A DNA stretch of 64,000 nucleotides from Anaerolinea sp. (GTDB lineage Bacteria; Chloroflexota; Limnocylindria; Limnocylindrales; CSP1-4). Where the stretch lies: assembly GCA_013822395.1 (NCBI GenBank), contig PNKK01000007.1, positions 3,104 to 67,103 on the forward strand, given 5' to 3'. Below, one piece after another: positions 35,099-43,793 of this stretch. Under the pieces are notes generated by a model. The model was not told where the DNA came from. It worked only from the letters and a program-made list of their open reading frames with translations, and did not search any database. The translations under genes and the position numbers were made by a program. Each line of letters starts with the position of its first letter. Position 1 is the first letter of the stretch.

Positions 35099-35356
35099 AT
35101 GACGAAGCATTCGAAGTTCGAGCGCCAGCGGCGTGCCGATGAGACCATCCGGGTTCAGGAGATCGAGCGGGCCTGGCAGGGCAGCATCCCGGCGCCGATC
35201 GCGGCCGAGTTCGCCGCGACCCTGAAGGCGGCCGGGGAGCGCGAACCATGGGTCCGCCAGCCCGACATGGCGCCGGGAACAGCGCCACGGCCGCCGCGCC
35301 CGGGACGGGAGCCCAAGCCCAAGAAGGACGACGCGACCCCGCGTCGGCGGTACTAG
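35099..35356 (+). CDS. Hypothetical small basic protein
   Basis: 85 aa. ATG preceded by GAGGGA. Third positions are consistently G/C. MTKHSKFERQRRADETIRVQEIERAW..; no family recognised. Confidence 0.4.
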   Translation: MTKHSKFERQRRADETIRVQEIERAWQGSIPAPIAAEFAATLKAAGEREPWVRQPDMAPGTAPRPPRPGREPKPKKDDATPRRRY

Positions 35357-35359
35357 CGG

Positions 35360-35707
35360 GTGCGCCGTCGCAAGGTCACGTACCCGCCCCCCAAGACCGC
35401 CACGAAGGGACCGCCGCCGGTCCTCGGTGCCGATCCACGGAACCCCGCCGGTCGCACCGTCTCGATCAACCTCGCCGCGGCCGCGGGCCGCGCCTCGATC
35501 CGGCTGGGTGACAAGGTCCGGATCCTGAGCGGCCTGTATAGCGGTGAGGTTGCCGTCGTCGAATCGGTCGCGGGTGGCGTGATCTCGTCAGCGATGGTCC
35601 GGACGGACGCCGGACGGACGCGTCGCGCCCGAACGATCGACCTCGAGCCGATCCGACCGGGAAGCGCCGCGCCAGCCGGCACCGAGGAACCATCCCTCGA
35701 GGCCTGA
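35360..35707 (+). CDS. Hypothetical protein with a KOW-like segment
   Basis: 115 aa. GTG start 4 nt after the upstream stop. Good G/C third-position bias. GDKVRILSGLYSGEVAVVESV resembles a KOW motif. Confidence 0.4.
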   Translation: MRRRKVTYPPPKTATKGPPPVLGADPRNPAGRTVSINLAAAAGRASIRLGDKVRILSGLYSGEVAVVESVAGGVISSAMVRTDAGRTRRARTIDLEPIRPGSAAPAGTEEPSLEA

Positions 35708-36088
35708 CCCACCCGGCCGACCAGGTCCGTGTCCCCGCCGAAACCATGCCGTAGCGGCGCGGGGTCCAACCCCCCAGATGGCCCGGAGCCGTTCGCGGCG
35801 GGATGCTCCGCCGGCCGATGACCGGCCCGACCCGCCAGAACCATCCCGAGCGGTGAGCCCGGCACCGCCGTGTCCGCCTCGGCTCCTCCGTGATTGCCAG
35901 GCGGGCATTCCGGCGTCGGCGGCGCCATAGGCCCAGCCGAGCCGCACCGGACGGGCACCAGCGGGTGGACCCCATGCCCGGATCAGAGCCTCACCGGCGC
36001 CCTTGTCGTCGTGGTGGCTTCCGAATGCCCACCTGACGATCGGGCCGGAGGCCAACTGACGGACGGGCCGCTGCCAGCGCGACTGCCC

Positions 36089-36188
36089 TTGACACTGCCC
36101 GGATGCGTCCAGATGGTGCTCAGCCCATCAACAAGATGGTGTCATCTCTTGATATCTCGTCGGATCTGCTTGATGATCCCTTGATATG
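36089..36188 (+). promoter_or_regulatory. Candidate promoter and repeat-dense leader of the mod operon
   Basis: TTGACA (36089-36094), 17 nt, then GATGGT (36112-36117). Direct repeat AGATGGTG at 36111-36118 and 36134-36141. CTTGAT(A/G) occurs three times (36148, 36169, 36180), the last overlapping the start codon. Confidence 0.35.
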
Positions 36189-36608
36189 AGCGACATTTAC
36201 CCTCACGTAGCCGACCGGCACCTGAGGGCCGGACAGGCGGCCGAGATGCTCGGTGTGACCGTGGAGACCCTCCGGCGCTGGGAGGTTGAGGGCCGCCTGC
36301 GGATCGTCCGGTCGGGGGGCGGCCAGCGGCTGGTGCCGATCGCCGAGGTCATCCGGTTGCTCGAACAGCGCCGGCGGGACAACCCGGATCCGCGCGCCGC
36401 CACGCAGTCGGCGCGCAACCGGTTCGCGGGCGTGGTGACGCGGATCGAGGCGGATCGCGTCGCGGCCGTCGTCGAGGTGCTCGCCGGGCCACACCGCATC
36501 GTGAGCCTGATGACCGCCGAGGCCGTCGCCGAGATGGGCCTCGAGGTCGGCGATCCGGCGGTCTGTGTCGTCAAGGCGACCAACGTGATCGTCGAAACCT
36601 CTCGGTAG
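36186..36608 (+). CDS. MerR/excisionase-type HTH fused to a TOBE (molybdate-binding) domain: a molybdate-responsive regulator
   Basis: 140 aa. LRAGQAAEMLGVTVETLRRWEVEGRL is the HTH. NRFAGVVTRIE.....VEV.AGPHRIVSLMT....EMGLEVGDPAVCVVKATNVIVE is the TOBE domain. Confidence 0.8.
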   Translation: MSDIYPHVADRHLRAGQAAEMLGVTVETLRRWEVEGRLRIVRSGGGQRLVPIAEVIRLLEQRRRDNPDPRAATQSARNRFAGVVTRIEADRVAAVVEVLAGPHRIVSLMTAEAVAEMGLEVGDPAVCVVKATNVIVETSR

Positions 36609-37430
36609 ATGACCGGTCGAGCCGCGGGCCGCCCCGTCGCGGCAGGCATCCTCACCGCTGTGCTCGCGCTCGGCGGGCTCGCCGCCGCCTGTTCCCCCCA
36701 ATCGAGCACGATCGGCGGTCCGGGGACAGAGCTGACGGTCCTGGCCGCGGCGTCCCTGCTGGACCCGCTGACGGCGATTGCCACCGCCTACGAGGCCGCG
36801 TCCGGCGTCAGGCTCGTCATGGTGACGGATTCGTCCACGGCCCTCCGGATCCAGGTCGAGGAGGGGGCACGCGCCGATGTCTTCCTGTCAGCCGACACGG
36901 CCAACCCGGAGACGCTGGCGGCTGCCGGGCGGACGGACGGAGCGGTCGTCCCGTTCGCGGGGAACCCGCTGGCGATCGTGATCCCGGCCGGCAACCCCGC
37001 CGGGATCACGTCCCCCGCGGATCTCGCTCGGCCGGGGGTGGCGATCGTTGCGGCCGGCGAGGGTGTGCCGGTGACGACCTATGCGACGACACTCCTCGAA
37101 CGCCTCGCGCGGTTGTCCGGCTATCCCAGCGATCTCGTCCAGGCATATGCCGCGAACGTCGTGACACGCGAGGACAACGTTCGGGCCGCCCTCACCAAGA
37201 TCGAGCTCGGCGAGGGCGATGCGGCGATCGTCTACGCCACCGACGCGGCCGGCTCGATCGACGCTGATACCGTCGCCATCCCGCCAGCAGCCAACGTCAC
37301 GGCAACCTACGGGGGCGCGGTGCTGGCGGGGGCCATGGACCTGGCCGCGGCCCGTGCCTTCCTCGGCTGGCTGGCCGGGCCGGACGGAGGGGCGATCCTC
37401 GCCTCGTTCGGGTTCGTGGCGGTCCCGTGA
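36609..37430 (+). CDS. modA: Molybdate ABC transporter substrate-binding lipoprotein
   Basis: 273 aa. Lipobox LAAAC. LTVLAAASL....DVFLSAD....AIVIPAGNP pattern. The ATG directly follows the regulator's TAG. Confidence 0.85.
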   Translation: MTGRAAGRPVAAGILTAVLALGGLAAACSPQSSTIGGPGTELTVLAAASLLDPLTAIATAYEAASGVRLVMVTDSSTALRIQVEEGARADVFLSADTANPETLAAAGRTDGAVVPFAGNPLAIVIPAGNPAGITSPADLARPGVAIVAAGEGVPVTTYATTLLERLARLSGYPSDLVQAYAANVVTREDNVRAALTKIELGEGDAAIVYATDAAGSIDADTVAIPPAANVTATYGGAVLAGAMDLAAARAFLGWLAGPDGGAILASFGFVAVP

Positions 37431-38230
37431 TCGGGCGGGCGGCGCTCGTGGCCTCGGCGGCGGCGCTGACCGTCTTCCTGGCCCTGCCGGTGGCGACACT
37501 CCTCGGCCGCGCCGTCGGTGACCGAGAGCTCGCGGCAGCATTCGGTTCGAGGGCCGTGCTCGAGGCGCTCTCGCTGAGCCTGGCGACCACCGCGGTGAGC
37601 CTCACGATCACGGTCGCCGTGGGAACCCCGCTGGCGTTCCTCCTGGCCCGGCGACGGTTCCGCGGATCGGGGCTCGTCGAGGTCCTCGTCGATCTCCCGC
37701 TCGTCCTGCCACCCTCGGTCGCCGGCCTCGCGCTGCTCCTCGTCTTCGGGCGCCGGGGTCTGCTGGGCGAGTCGCTCGACGCCGCCGGGCTCGCGATCCC
37801 GTTCACGACGGTCGCCGTGATCCTGGCCCAGGTCTTCGTGGCGGCGCCGTTCTACGTTCGCTCCGCCCGCGCCGGGATCTCGAGCCTGCCCCTCGACCTC
37901 GAGGACGCGGCGCGCGTCGACGGGGCGTCGGAGGTCGGGGTCTTCCGGCACATCATGGCCCCGCTGGCCGCTCCGGCGCTGGCCGCCGGGCTCGTCATGA
38001 GCTGGGCGCGATCCCTCGGCGAATTCGGGGCGACCATCCTGTTCGCCGGGAACGTGACCGGGCGAACGCAGACGCTGCCGCTCGTCGTGTACGCGGAGTT
38101 CGGGGCGGGCGACCTCGACGCCGCGATCGCCGCCGCCGCAGTCCTCGTCCTCGCGGCCGTCGGGGTCCTGGTGGCGGTGCGACTCGGCCGGCGAGGGCGA
38201 ACGCTCGACACGGCGGTCGGCGCGGCGTAG
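37427..38230 (+). CDS. modB: Molybdate ABC transporter permease
   Basis: 267 aa, 5-6 helices. EAA loop LEDAARVDGAS....FRHI. 4-nt overlap with modA. Confidence 0.85.
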   Translation: MIGRAALVASAAALTVFLALPVATLLGRAVGDRELAAAFGSRAVLEALSLSLATTAVSLTITVAVGTPLAFLLARRRFRGSGLVEVLVDLPLVLPPSVAGLALLLVFGRRGLLGESLDAAGLAIPFTTVAVILAQVFVAAPFYVRSARAGISSLPLDLEDAARVDGASEVGVFRHIMAPLAAPALAAGLVMSWARSLGEFGATILFAGNVTGRTQTLPLVVYAEFGAGDLDAAIAAAAVLVLAAVGVLVAVRLGRRGRTLDTAVGAA

Positions 38231-38277
38231 GGGCCACTGGGGCACGGCGTGACGAGAGCACCGGGCGCGGCGGTCGC

Positions 38278-38604
38278 TCAGCCGTCGCGCTGGCGCGGGG
38301 CTCCCTCTGGAGCCACGGCGTCGACGAACTCCGGGTGCCGCTTCAGGTAGGCCTCGATGAAGGGGCACCTCACACTCACGCGAACACCGGTCGCCCGAGC
38401 CTCCTCGAAGATGTGGCGGGCCAGCGCGGCCCCGATCCCGCGGCCGCCGAACGCCGGCGGGACCTCGGTATGGAGGAGAATCCTGCGCCTGCCCGCCAGC
38501 CGGTACTCCACGAAGCCCGCGACCTCCTCGTCCAGCCTGGCCTCGTAGCGACTCACGTCGGGGCGATCCTGGATCGTCAGCTGTTGCTCATTCACGCCGG
38601 GCAC
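38278..38604 (-). CDS. Small GNAT-family N-acetyltransferase (YjdJ-like)
   Basis: 108 aa. ..PPAFGGRGIGAALARHIFEEARATG..V...CPFI..YL..HPE pattern. Confidence 0.7.
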   Translation of the reverse strand: MPGVNEQQLTIQDRPDVSRYEARLDEEVAGFVEYRLAGRRRILLHTEVPPAFGGRGIGAALARHIFEEARATGVRVSVRCPFIEAYLKRHPEFVDAVAPEGAPRQRDG

Positions 38605-38668
38605 GATACCGGACGCGGCCGAGTGTGCCCCGGGCGGGGGTCGAATGGCCCTCGCGTCGGTGGCTTGA

Positions 38669-40456
38669 GTGGGGGACTATCCTCGCGCCGTGCGACCACT
38701 GCCCTCCCCGTTCGATCGGATCGCCGCCGGGCGCCGGGCCGAGATCGATGTGACCGGCAGTGAGCTCCTGAATCGACGGCTCCTGACCAAGGACCTCGCC
38801 TTCCCGCTCGACGAGCGGACGGCGTTCGGGCTCCACGGCCTCCTGCCCGACCGCGTCCTGTCGATCGAGGAGCAACTGGCCCTGGAGCACGAGCACCTCC
38901 GACGCAAGTCGGACGACCTCGAGCGCTACATCGGCCTGGCGGCCCTCCAGGACCGGAACGCCACGCTCTTCTACCGGCTCCTCGCCGAGCACATGGAGGA
39001 GTACCTCCCGATCGTCTACACGCCGACGGTTGGCCGGGCGTGCCAGGAGTTCAGCCACATCGTCCGGCGGACGAGAGGGATCTGGCTGACGCCTGCGGAC
39101 CGGGACCGGATCCCCGAGGTTCTCCGGGCCGCCCCGTACGAGGATGTTCGGCTCATCGTCGTCACGGACAACGAACGGATCCTGGGCCTCGGCGACCAGG
39201 GCGCCGGCGGCATGGCGATCCCGATCGGCAAGCTCGCCCTGTACACGGCAGCCTGCGGCATCCATCCGGTCCTGACGCTGCCCGTCTCCCTCGATGTCGG
39301 GACGGACAACAAAGCGCTCCTCGATGACCCGCTCTACCTCGGGTTCCGCGCGCCGCGGCTGCGAGGCGCCGCGTACGACGCCTTCGTGGAGGCGTTCATC
39401 CAGGGGGTCCACGCGGTCTGGCCGGGCTGCCTGATCCAGTTCGAGGACTTCAAGCAGCACAACGCGCTGCGGCTCCTGGATCGCTACCGCTTCCGTATCC
39501 CGTGCTTCAACGACGACATCCAGGGAACCGCGGCGGTCGTCGTCGCCGGCGTGCTCGCGGGACTCCGCCACCTCGGCACCGCGTGGGAGACCCAGCGGGT
39601 GGTTCTCGCCGGTTCCGGCGCCGCGGGGATCGGGATCGCGCGGCTCCTCCGGCTCGCGATGCTCGGCTCCGGGATGGGCGAGGCCGACGTCCGACGGGCC
39701 CTCGTCCTCGTCGATTCGCACGGGCTCGTGCACGATTCACGCGAGAATCTCGAGGCGGACAAGCACGAGCTCGCTTACCCGGCCGCGGCGGCCACCGACG
39801 CTGGACTGGTCATCTCCCGCCACGGGCGGGAGGAGCACCCGACGCTGCTCGACGTCGTCCGGGCGGTGACGCCCACCATCCTCATCGGGACGACCGGCCA
39901 CGCCGGCAGCTTCTCCGAGCCGGTGATCCGGGCGATGGCCGCCGGCACGGATCGTCCGATCGTTCTGCCGCTCTCCAACCCGACGGCCAACACGGAGGCG
40001 ACCCCGGCCGATGTCCTCGCGTGGACCGAGGGTCGCGCGCTCGTCGCGACCGGCTCGCCGTTCCCACCGGTCATCGTCGACGGGCGGCGTCATGAGATCG
40101 GCCAGGCGAACAACGTGTTCATCTTCCCGGGGGTCGGCCTCGGGGCGATCGTGTCGGAGGCGCGCGGGGTCACCGATGCGATGTTCCTGGCCGCGGCGGA
40201 GACGCTCGCCGGGCACGTGACGCCGGAGCGACTCGAGGGCGGCGCGCTCTACCCGAGCGTGACCACGCTGCGCGAGGTCTCCCGGGAGATCGCGATCCGG
40301 GTCGCCGCCGAGGCGCTCCGGGCTGGGTTGTCGCCGCTCCCAGCGGACACGGACGTGGCCACGCTGGTGGACGCCGCGATGTGGTGGCCCGACTACGCGC
40401 CATACCGGCGCATCGGCGTCCCGATGCCGCTGATGAGCTCCACCGCCGAGGGTTGA
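38669..40456 (+). CDS. maeA: NAD(P)-dependent malic enzyme
   Basis: 595 aa; GTG 38669, start uncertain by about 20 nt. LQDRNATLFYRLL, YTPTVG, ITDNERILGLGDQGAGGMAIPIGKL, FNDDIQGTA and GSGAAGIGIA motifs. Confidence 0.9.
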   Translation: MGDYPRAVRPLPSPFDRIAAGRRAEIDVTGSELLNRRLLTKDLAFPLDERTAFGLHGLLPDRVLSIEEQLALEHEHLRRKSDDLERYIGLAALQDRNATLFYRLLAEHMEEYLPIVYTPTVGRACQEFSHIVRRTRGIWLTPADRDRIPEVLRAAPYEDVRLIVVTDNERILGLGDQGAGGMAIPIGKLALYTAACGIHPVLTLPVSLDVGTDNKALLDDPLYLGFRAPRLRGAAYDAFVEAFIQGVHAVWPGCLIQFEDFKQHNALRLLDRYRFRIPCFNDDIQGTAAVVVAGVLAGLRHLGTAWETQRVVLAGSGAAGIGIARLLRLAMLGSGMGEADVRRALVLVDSHGLVHDSRENLEADKHELAYPAAAATDAGLVISRHGREEHPTLLDVVRAVTPTILIGTTGHAGSFSEPVIRAMAAGTDRPIVLPLSNPTANTEATPADVLAWTEGRALVATGSPFPPVIVDGRRHEIGQANNVFIFPGVGLGAIVSEARGVTDAMFLAAAETLAGHVTPERLEGGALYPSVTTLREVSREIAIRVAAEALRAGLSPLPADTDVATLVDAAMWWPDYAPYRRIGVPMPLMSSTAEG

Positions 40457-40599
40457 GTCCTCAGACGACTCATCTGCCGTTCGACCGCGCCCGAGCTGGA
40501 TCCTGTCGAACGCCATCTGGGCCAGCTGAGTCCTCAGACGACTCATCTGCCGTTCGACCGCGCCCGAGCTGGATCCTGTCGAACGCCATCTGGGCCAGC
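40454..40599. repeat. Two perfect tandem copies of a 73-nt structured unit, starting at the malic-enzyme stop codon
   Basis: 40454-40526 and 40527-40599 are identical by direct reading. Each unit has hairpin TGAGTC-N7-GACTCA and stem CGTTCGAC-N19-GTCGAACG. Confidence 0.95.
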
Positions 40600-40674
40600 T
40601 GAGTCGGCAGACGACTCATCTGCCGTTCGACCGAGCGTGACCCGCAGCTCGATCTGACGTCGCGAACAGCATGC
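40600..40674. repeat. 75-nt 'core' repeat copy A (third unit, different tail)
   Basis: tgagtcgGCAGAcgactcatctgccgttcgaccGagcgtgacccgcagctcgatctgacgtcgcgaacagcatgc. It is nearly identical to 50864-50938. Confidence 0.95.
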
Positions 40675-40788
40675 CGAGCGTGGTCATGAACGAAGTGCAC
40701 TCGGATGCGACTCAACCCGAGATTGGGCGACCGGCGCGATCGGTGGGCCGGGACTCGAACCAGGGCGCTTGGCTCGCGGCTGCCCCGG

Positions 40789-43557
40789 CTACTTGTCGCG
40801 TTCCGCTGAGGCGAGCGTGGCCTGCGCCGCCGCGAGCCGCGCCACCGGCACGCGGAACGGCGAGCACGACACGTAGTCAAGCCCGATCCGCTCGCACTTG
40901 GCGATCGAGGCGGGGTCGCCGCCGTGCTCGCCACAGATCCCGAGCTCCAGGCCCGGCTTCGTGGACCGACCCTTCTCGACGGCCGTCCGCATCAGCCCGG
41001 CGACGGCGTCATCGAGCGTCTGGAACGGGTTCTCCGGGAGGATCTTGTCCTCCACGTACTTGAGCAGGAAGCCACCCTCGGCGTCGTCGCGACTGAAGCC
41101 GAACGTCATCTGGGTCAGGTCGTTCGTGCCGAAGCTGAAGAAGTCGGCCTCGCGGGCGATCTCGTCAGCGGTGAGGGCGCCGCGCGGCACCTCGATCATC
41201 GTCCCGAACCTGTACTCGACGTGGACGCCGGCCTTCGCCTCGACAGTCTTCGCCTCCGCCTCAAGGAGCTCCCGGGTCCGGGCGAGCTCGTTCACGTGCC
41301 CGACGAGCGGGATCATGATCTTCGCGATCGGGTGGCCGCCGGCCTTCGTCCGGGCGATCTCGGCGTTCAGGATGGCCCGCGTCTGGACCTTCACGAAGTC
41401 CGGGATCATCAGGCCCAGGCGACAGCCGCGGAGCCCGAGCATCGGGTTCTGCTCGTGCATCGACTTGATCGTGGCGAGAAGCTCGCGATCCTCGTCCGTG
41501 GCGGCGTCACCGGCCTTCGTGACCTTGACCAGCTGCTCCTCCAGGTTCGGAAGGAACTCGTGGAGTGGCGGGTCGATGAGGCGGATGACGACGGGCAGGC
41601 CGTCCATCGCCTCGAAGATGCCCTCGAAGTCGCCCTGCTGGAGGACCTCCAGCTCCCCCATCGCGGCGTCGAACGTCGCCACGACCTCCAGCTCGTCGGC
41701 GGTCAGCGTCTCGCCCGAGGCGAGCTTCGCCTTCGCCCTGGTGGCCCGGTTTGCGACGAGGATCGCGCCGCGCACGATCTCCAGGCGCTCGCCCTCGCGG
41801 AACATGTGCTCCGTCCGGCAGAGACCGATCCCCTGGGCGCCGTACCGGCGGGCCTGCGCGGCCTCCTCCGGCTTGTCGGCGTTGGTCCAGACCTCCATGC
41901 GCCGGAGCTCATCTGCCCAACCGAGGATCGCCTGAAGCTCGGGCTGGTCCTCGAACCGGGCGGAGACCGTGGGGAGAGCGCCGAGGAACAGGTCCCCGGT
42001 CGTGCCGTCGAGGCTCACCCAGTCGCCCTCGGACACCTCGACGCCAGTCGTCGCGGAGCGGGCGGACTTCGTCCGGTAGTCGACGAGGAGATCCGCGCAG
42101 CCGGCGACGCACGGCTTGCCGATCTGGCGCGCGACGACCGCGGCGTGTGACGTCGCCCCACCGCGGGCGGTGATGATCCCCTCGGCAACGGCCATCCCGT
42201 GGAAGTCGTCCGGCGAGGTCTCGACCCGGACGAGGACGACCTTCTCGCCGCGGGCAACCCAGGCGACCGCGTCGTCGGCGTCGAAAACAGCGCGGCCCAC
42301 GGCCGCACCCGGCGACGCGTTCAGGCCCTTCACGATCTGCGAAGCGGTTGCCCTGGCCTTCGGGTCGAACTGGTCGCGGAGGAGTTGATCCACCATCGCC
42401 GGGTCGATTCGACCGATCGCCTCGGCCTTCGTGATGATCCCCTCTTCGACCATATCGACGGCGATCCGCACGGCGGCCGCGGCGGTCCGCTTGGCGGAGC
42501 GCGTCTGGAGCATGTAGAGCTTGCCGCGCTCGATCGTGAACTCGAGGTCCTGGACGTCGCGGTAGTGACGCTCGAGACGCTCGCCGATGCGCTGGAACTC
42601 AGCGTAGGCCTCGGGCATCTCGTCGGCCAGGTGGGAGATCCTGGCCGGGGTCCGGATGCCGGCCACGACGTCCTCGCCCTGGGCGTTGACGAGGTACTCG
42701 CCGAACAGGACCCTCTCACCGGTGTTCGGGTCGCGGGTGAATGCGACGCCGGTGCCGGAGTCGTTGCCCATGTTCCCGAAGACCATCGTCACGACGTTGA
42801 CGGCCGTGCCCAGGTCGTGGGCGATCTTCTGGTTCTCACGGTAGTCGCGGGCACGCTTGCCGAACCAGCTGGCGAAGACGGCCTTGATCGCCAGGTCGAG
42901 CTGCTCGTTCGGGTCCTCGGGGAAGCCTCGCCCGGCGACCTCGCGAACGATCGCCTTGAATTCGCCGGCGAGCTCCCGGAGATCCCCCGCCTCCAGGTCC
43001 GTATCCAGCTTCGCGCCGCGGGCGTGCTTCCTGGCCTCGAGGGCGTGGTCGAAGCGCTCGCCCGGGACGTCCATGACGATCCGCCCGAACATCTGGATGA
43101 ACCGGCGGTAGGCGTCCCAGCCGAACCGCTCGTTGCCCGTCAGCGCGACGAGACCCTGCAGGGTGGCCTCGTTGAGCCCCAGGTTCAGGACCGTGTCCAT
43201 CATGCCGGGCATCGAGAACCTGGCGCCGGAGCGGACCGAGACGAGAAGCGGGTTCGAGGGGTCGCCGAAGCCCTTGCCCGTCTGGGCTTCCACGGTGCGC
43301 ATCGCCTCGAGCACATCTTCCCAGAGGCCGTCGGGCAGGCGCTCCCCGGCAGCGAAGTAGTCGTTACAGGCTTCTGTGGTGATGGTGAAGCCGGGCGGGA
43401 CCGGGAGGCCCGCGTTCGTCATCTCGGCGAGCCCTGCCCCCTTTCCGCCGAGGAGGTCGCGCATCGTCGCGTCGCCCTCCGCGCCACCGCCGCCCCAGCT
43501 GTAGATGTAGCGCTTGGCGGCACGGTGGGCGCGCTCGGTCCGGGCGGCGGTGGCCAT
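40789..43557 (-). CDS. ppdK: Pyruvate, phosphate dikinase
   Basis: ORF trimmed to the ATG at 43557 (MATAARTERAHRAAKRYIYSWGGG). LLGGKGAGLAEM, GGATSHAAVVARQIGKPCV and GLCRTEHMF motifs, with a C-terminal PEP-utilising TIM barrel. Confidence 0.95.
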   Translation of the reverse strand: MATAARTERAHRAAKRYIYSWGGGGAEGDATMRDLLGGKGAGLAEMTNAGLPVPPGFTITTEACNDYFAAGERLPDGLWEDVLEAMRTVEAQTGKGFGDPSNPLLVSVRSGARFSMPGMMDTVLNLGLNEATLQGLVALTGNERFGWDAYRRFIQMFGRIVMDVPGERFDHALEARKHARGAKLDTDLEAGDLRELAGEFKAIVREVAGRGFPEDPNEQLDLAIKAVFASWFGKRARDYRENQKIAHDLGTAVNVVTMVFGNMGNDSGTGVAFTRDPNTGERVLFGEYLVNAQGEDVVAGIRTPARISHLADEMPEAYAEFQRIGERLERHYRDVQDLEFTIERGKLYMLQTRSAKRTAAAAVRIAVDMVEEGIITKAEAIGRIDPAMVDQLLRDQFDPKARATASQIVKGLNASPGAAVGRAVFDADDAVAWVARGEKVVLVRVETSPDDFHGMAVAEGIITARGGATSHAAVVARQIGKPCVAGCADLLVDYRTKSARSATTGVEVSEGDWVSLDGTTGDLFLGALPTVSARFEDQPELQAILGWADELRRMEVWTNADKPEEAAQARRYGAQGIGLCRTEHMFREGERLEIVRGAILVANRATRAKAKLASGETLTADELEVVATFDAAMGELEVLQQGDFEGIFEAMDGLPVVIRLIDPPLHEFLPNLEEQLVKVTKAGDAATDEDRELLATIKSMHEQNPMLGLRGCRLGLMIPDFVKVQTRAILNAEIARTKAGGHPIAKIMIPLVGHVNELARTRELLEAEAKTVEAKAGVHVEYRFGTMIEVPRGALTADEIAREADFFSFGTNDLTQMTFGFSRDDAEGGFLLKYVEDKILPENPFQTLDDAVAGLMRTAVEKGRSTKPGLELGICGEHGGDPASIAKCERIGLDYVSCSPFRVPVARLAAAQATLASAERDK

Positions 43558-43793
43558 GGCAGATGGGCTCCTTCGGGTGGCGGGGCGCAGGGCGGCGGGG
43601 CGGCCGCGGTGATCGATCGGTATCTGGCGGATTGTACCGTCGCCGGCCCGGATGGCCGACGATTGCGGCCGGGAGCCATTCCGGTCTCTTCTGCGTGGCA
43701 ACGCGGCCGGGCAGCATCGGCTTTGGGCCGGTGGGCCGGCCCGGGCCTCTACAATCCGGACGATCAGCCCCACACGGAGCCACCGCAACCCCG

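Noticed and set aside
35708-36185. Moco riboswitch, or a protein gene (for example ORF 35588-36055 -), in the gap before the mod operon
   Set aside because: I could not find the conserved Moco RNA core by eye. The ORFs in the gap are Gly/Arg/Ala-rich and lack an RBS or motifs. The gap is left as unexplained non-coding sequence (see findings).
40454-40674. CRISPR array
   Set aside because: The 73-nt units are directly abutting with no spacers, only 2-3 copies are present, and there are no cas genes.
40741-40768. tRNA 3'-half-like sequence (..CCTGGTTCGAGTCCCGGCCCACCG on the reverse strand) just downstream of ppdK, possibly an att-site remnant
   Set aside because: The T-stem has a T-C mismatch. 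Only about 40 nt separate it from the ppdK stop, so no full tRNA fits. There is no integrase or mobile genes nearby, so I cannot support even a pseudogene call.
40470-40934. Coding potential of the repeat region (recurrent peptide ..GRGRTADESSEDS.. in reverse-strand ORFs at both repeat loci)
   Set aside because: The peptide recurs only because the DNA repeat recurs. The 73-nt period shifts the frame between units, and the ORFs run antisense into ppdK or lack an RBS and start context.
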